Below are positions 63,984 through 64,000 of a DNA stretch of 64,000 bases, piece after piece. The translations under genes were made by a program, and so were the position numbers. Source of the DNA: Deltaproteobacteria bacterium (lineage in GTDB: Bacteria > Bdellovibrionota_B > Oligoflexia > Oligoflexales > Bog-1112); contig CANIBL010000003.1 of the NCBI GenBank assembly GCA_947466225.1, positions 2,574-66,573 on the forward strand, in the 5' to 3' direction. The notes beneath the pieces were generated by a model, which saw only the letters and a program-made list of their open reading frames with translations, searched no databases and was not told the origin of the DNA. Each line of letters starts with the position of its first letter. Within the stretch, counting starts at the first letter, position 1.

Positions 63984-64000
63984 CCCAAAAATCCTCGCTT

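Noticed and set aside
1-64000. Search for mobile elements, prophage, integrase, toxin-antitoxin pairs, retron/DGR reverse transcriptases, restriction-modification or other defence genes
   Set aside because: No ORF showed transposase DDE/HUH, integrase, reverse-transcriptase, REase/MTase or typical small TA-pair signatures by eye. The only mobile-like sequences are the short palindromic repeats.

Overview
This is a 64-kb chromosomal window from a diderm (Gram-negative) bacterium. All calls come from reading the six-frame translations and the DNA by eye; no searches were run. Positions 1 to about 49,350 are core genome. They hold exbB/exbD-like genes, icd, an ABC importer with no binding-protein gene, and murI. 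They also hold an ~11-kb co-directional outer-membrane biogenesis array (lolCE-lolD-bamA-skp-fabZ-lpxA-lpxB-msbA-lpxK, with no lpxD) and a NifS-like desulfurase. After these come ccmABCDE-ccmG, an RND efflux triplet, three RNA methyltransferases, an unusually long aromatic-amino-acid hydroxylase, an S8 protease, gmk and rel/spoT. From about 49,350 to the window end the DNA becomes conspicuously AT-rich. That stretch encodes a surface-polysaccharide locus: dTDP-sugar genes, glycosyltransferases, an O-acetyltransferase, a flippase, a pyruvyl transferase and a nonulosonic-acid/acetamidino module. Five signals are not explained by ordinary annotation. (1) A divergent stand-alone RelA/SpoT-fold protein sits next to the desulfurase. 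(2) A family of ~35-40-nt palindromic REP/MITE-like repeats (CCGTCAT[G/C]CCCAG...) lies at gene ends between 26 and 45 kb. (3) An A10 tract breaks a DegT-type aminotransferase. (4) Two secreted proteins share a Cys + hydrophobic helix + basic C-terminal tail. (5) A 500-bp gap contains a Cys-rich micro-ORF. I saw no rRNA, tRNA, CRISPR array, transposase or prophage gene. Lineage cannot be established here; a few features weakly suggest a Bdellovibrionota/Myxococcota-like organism, by inference only.
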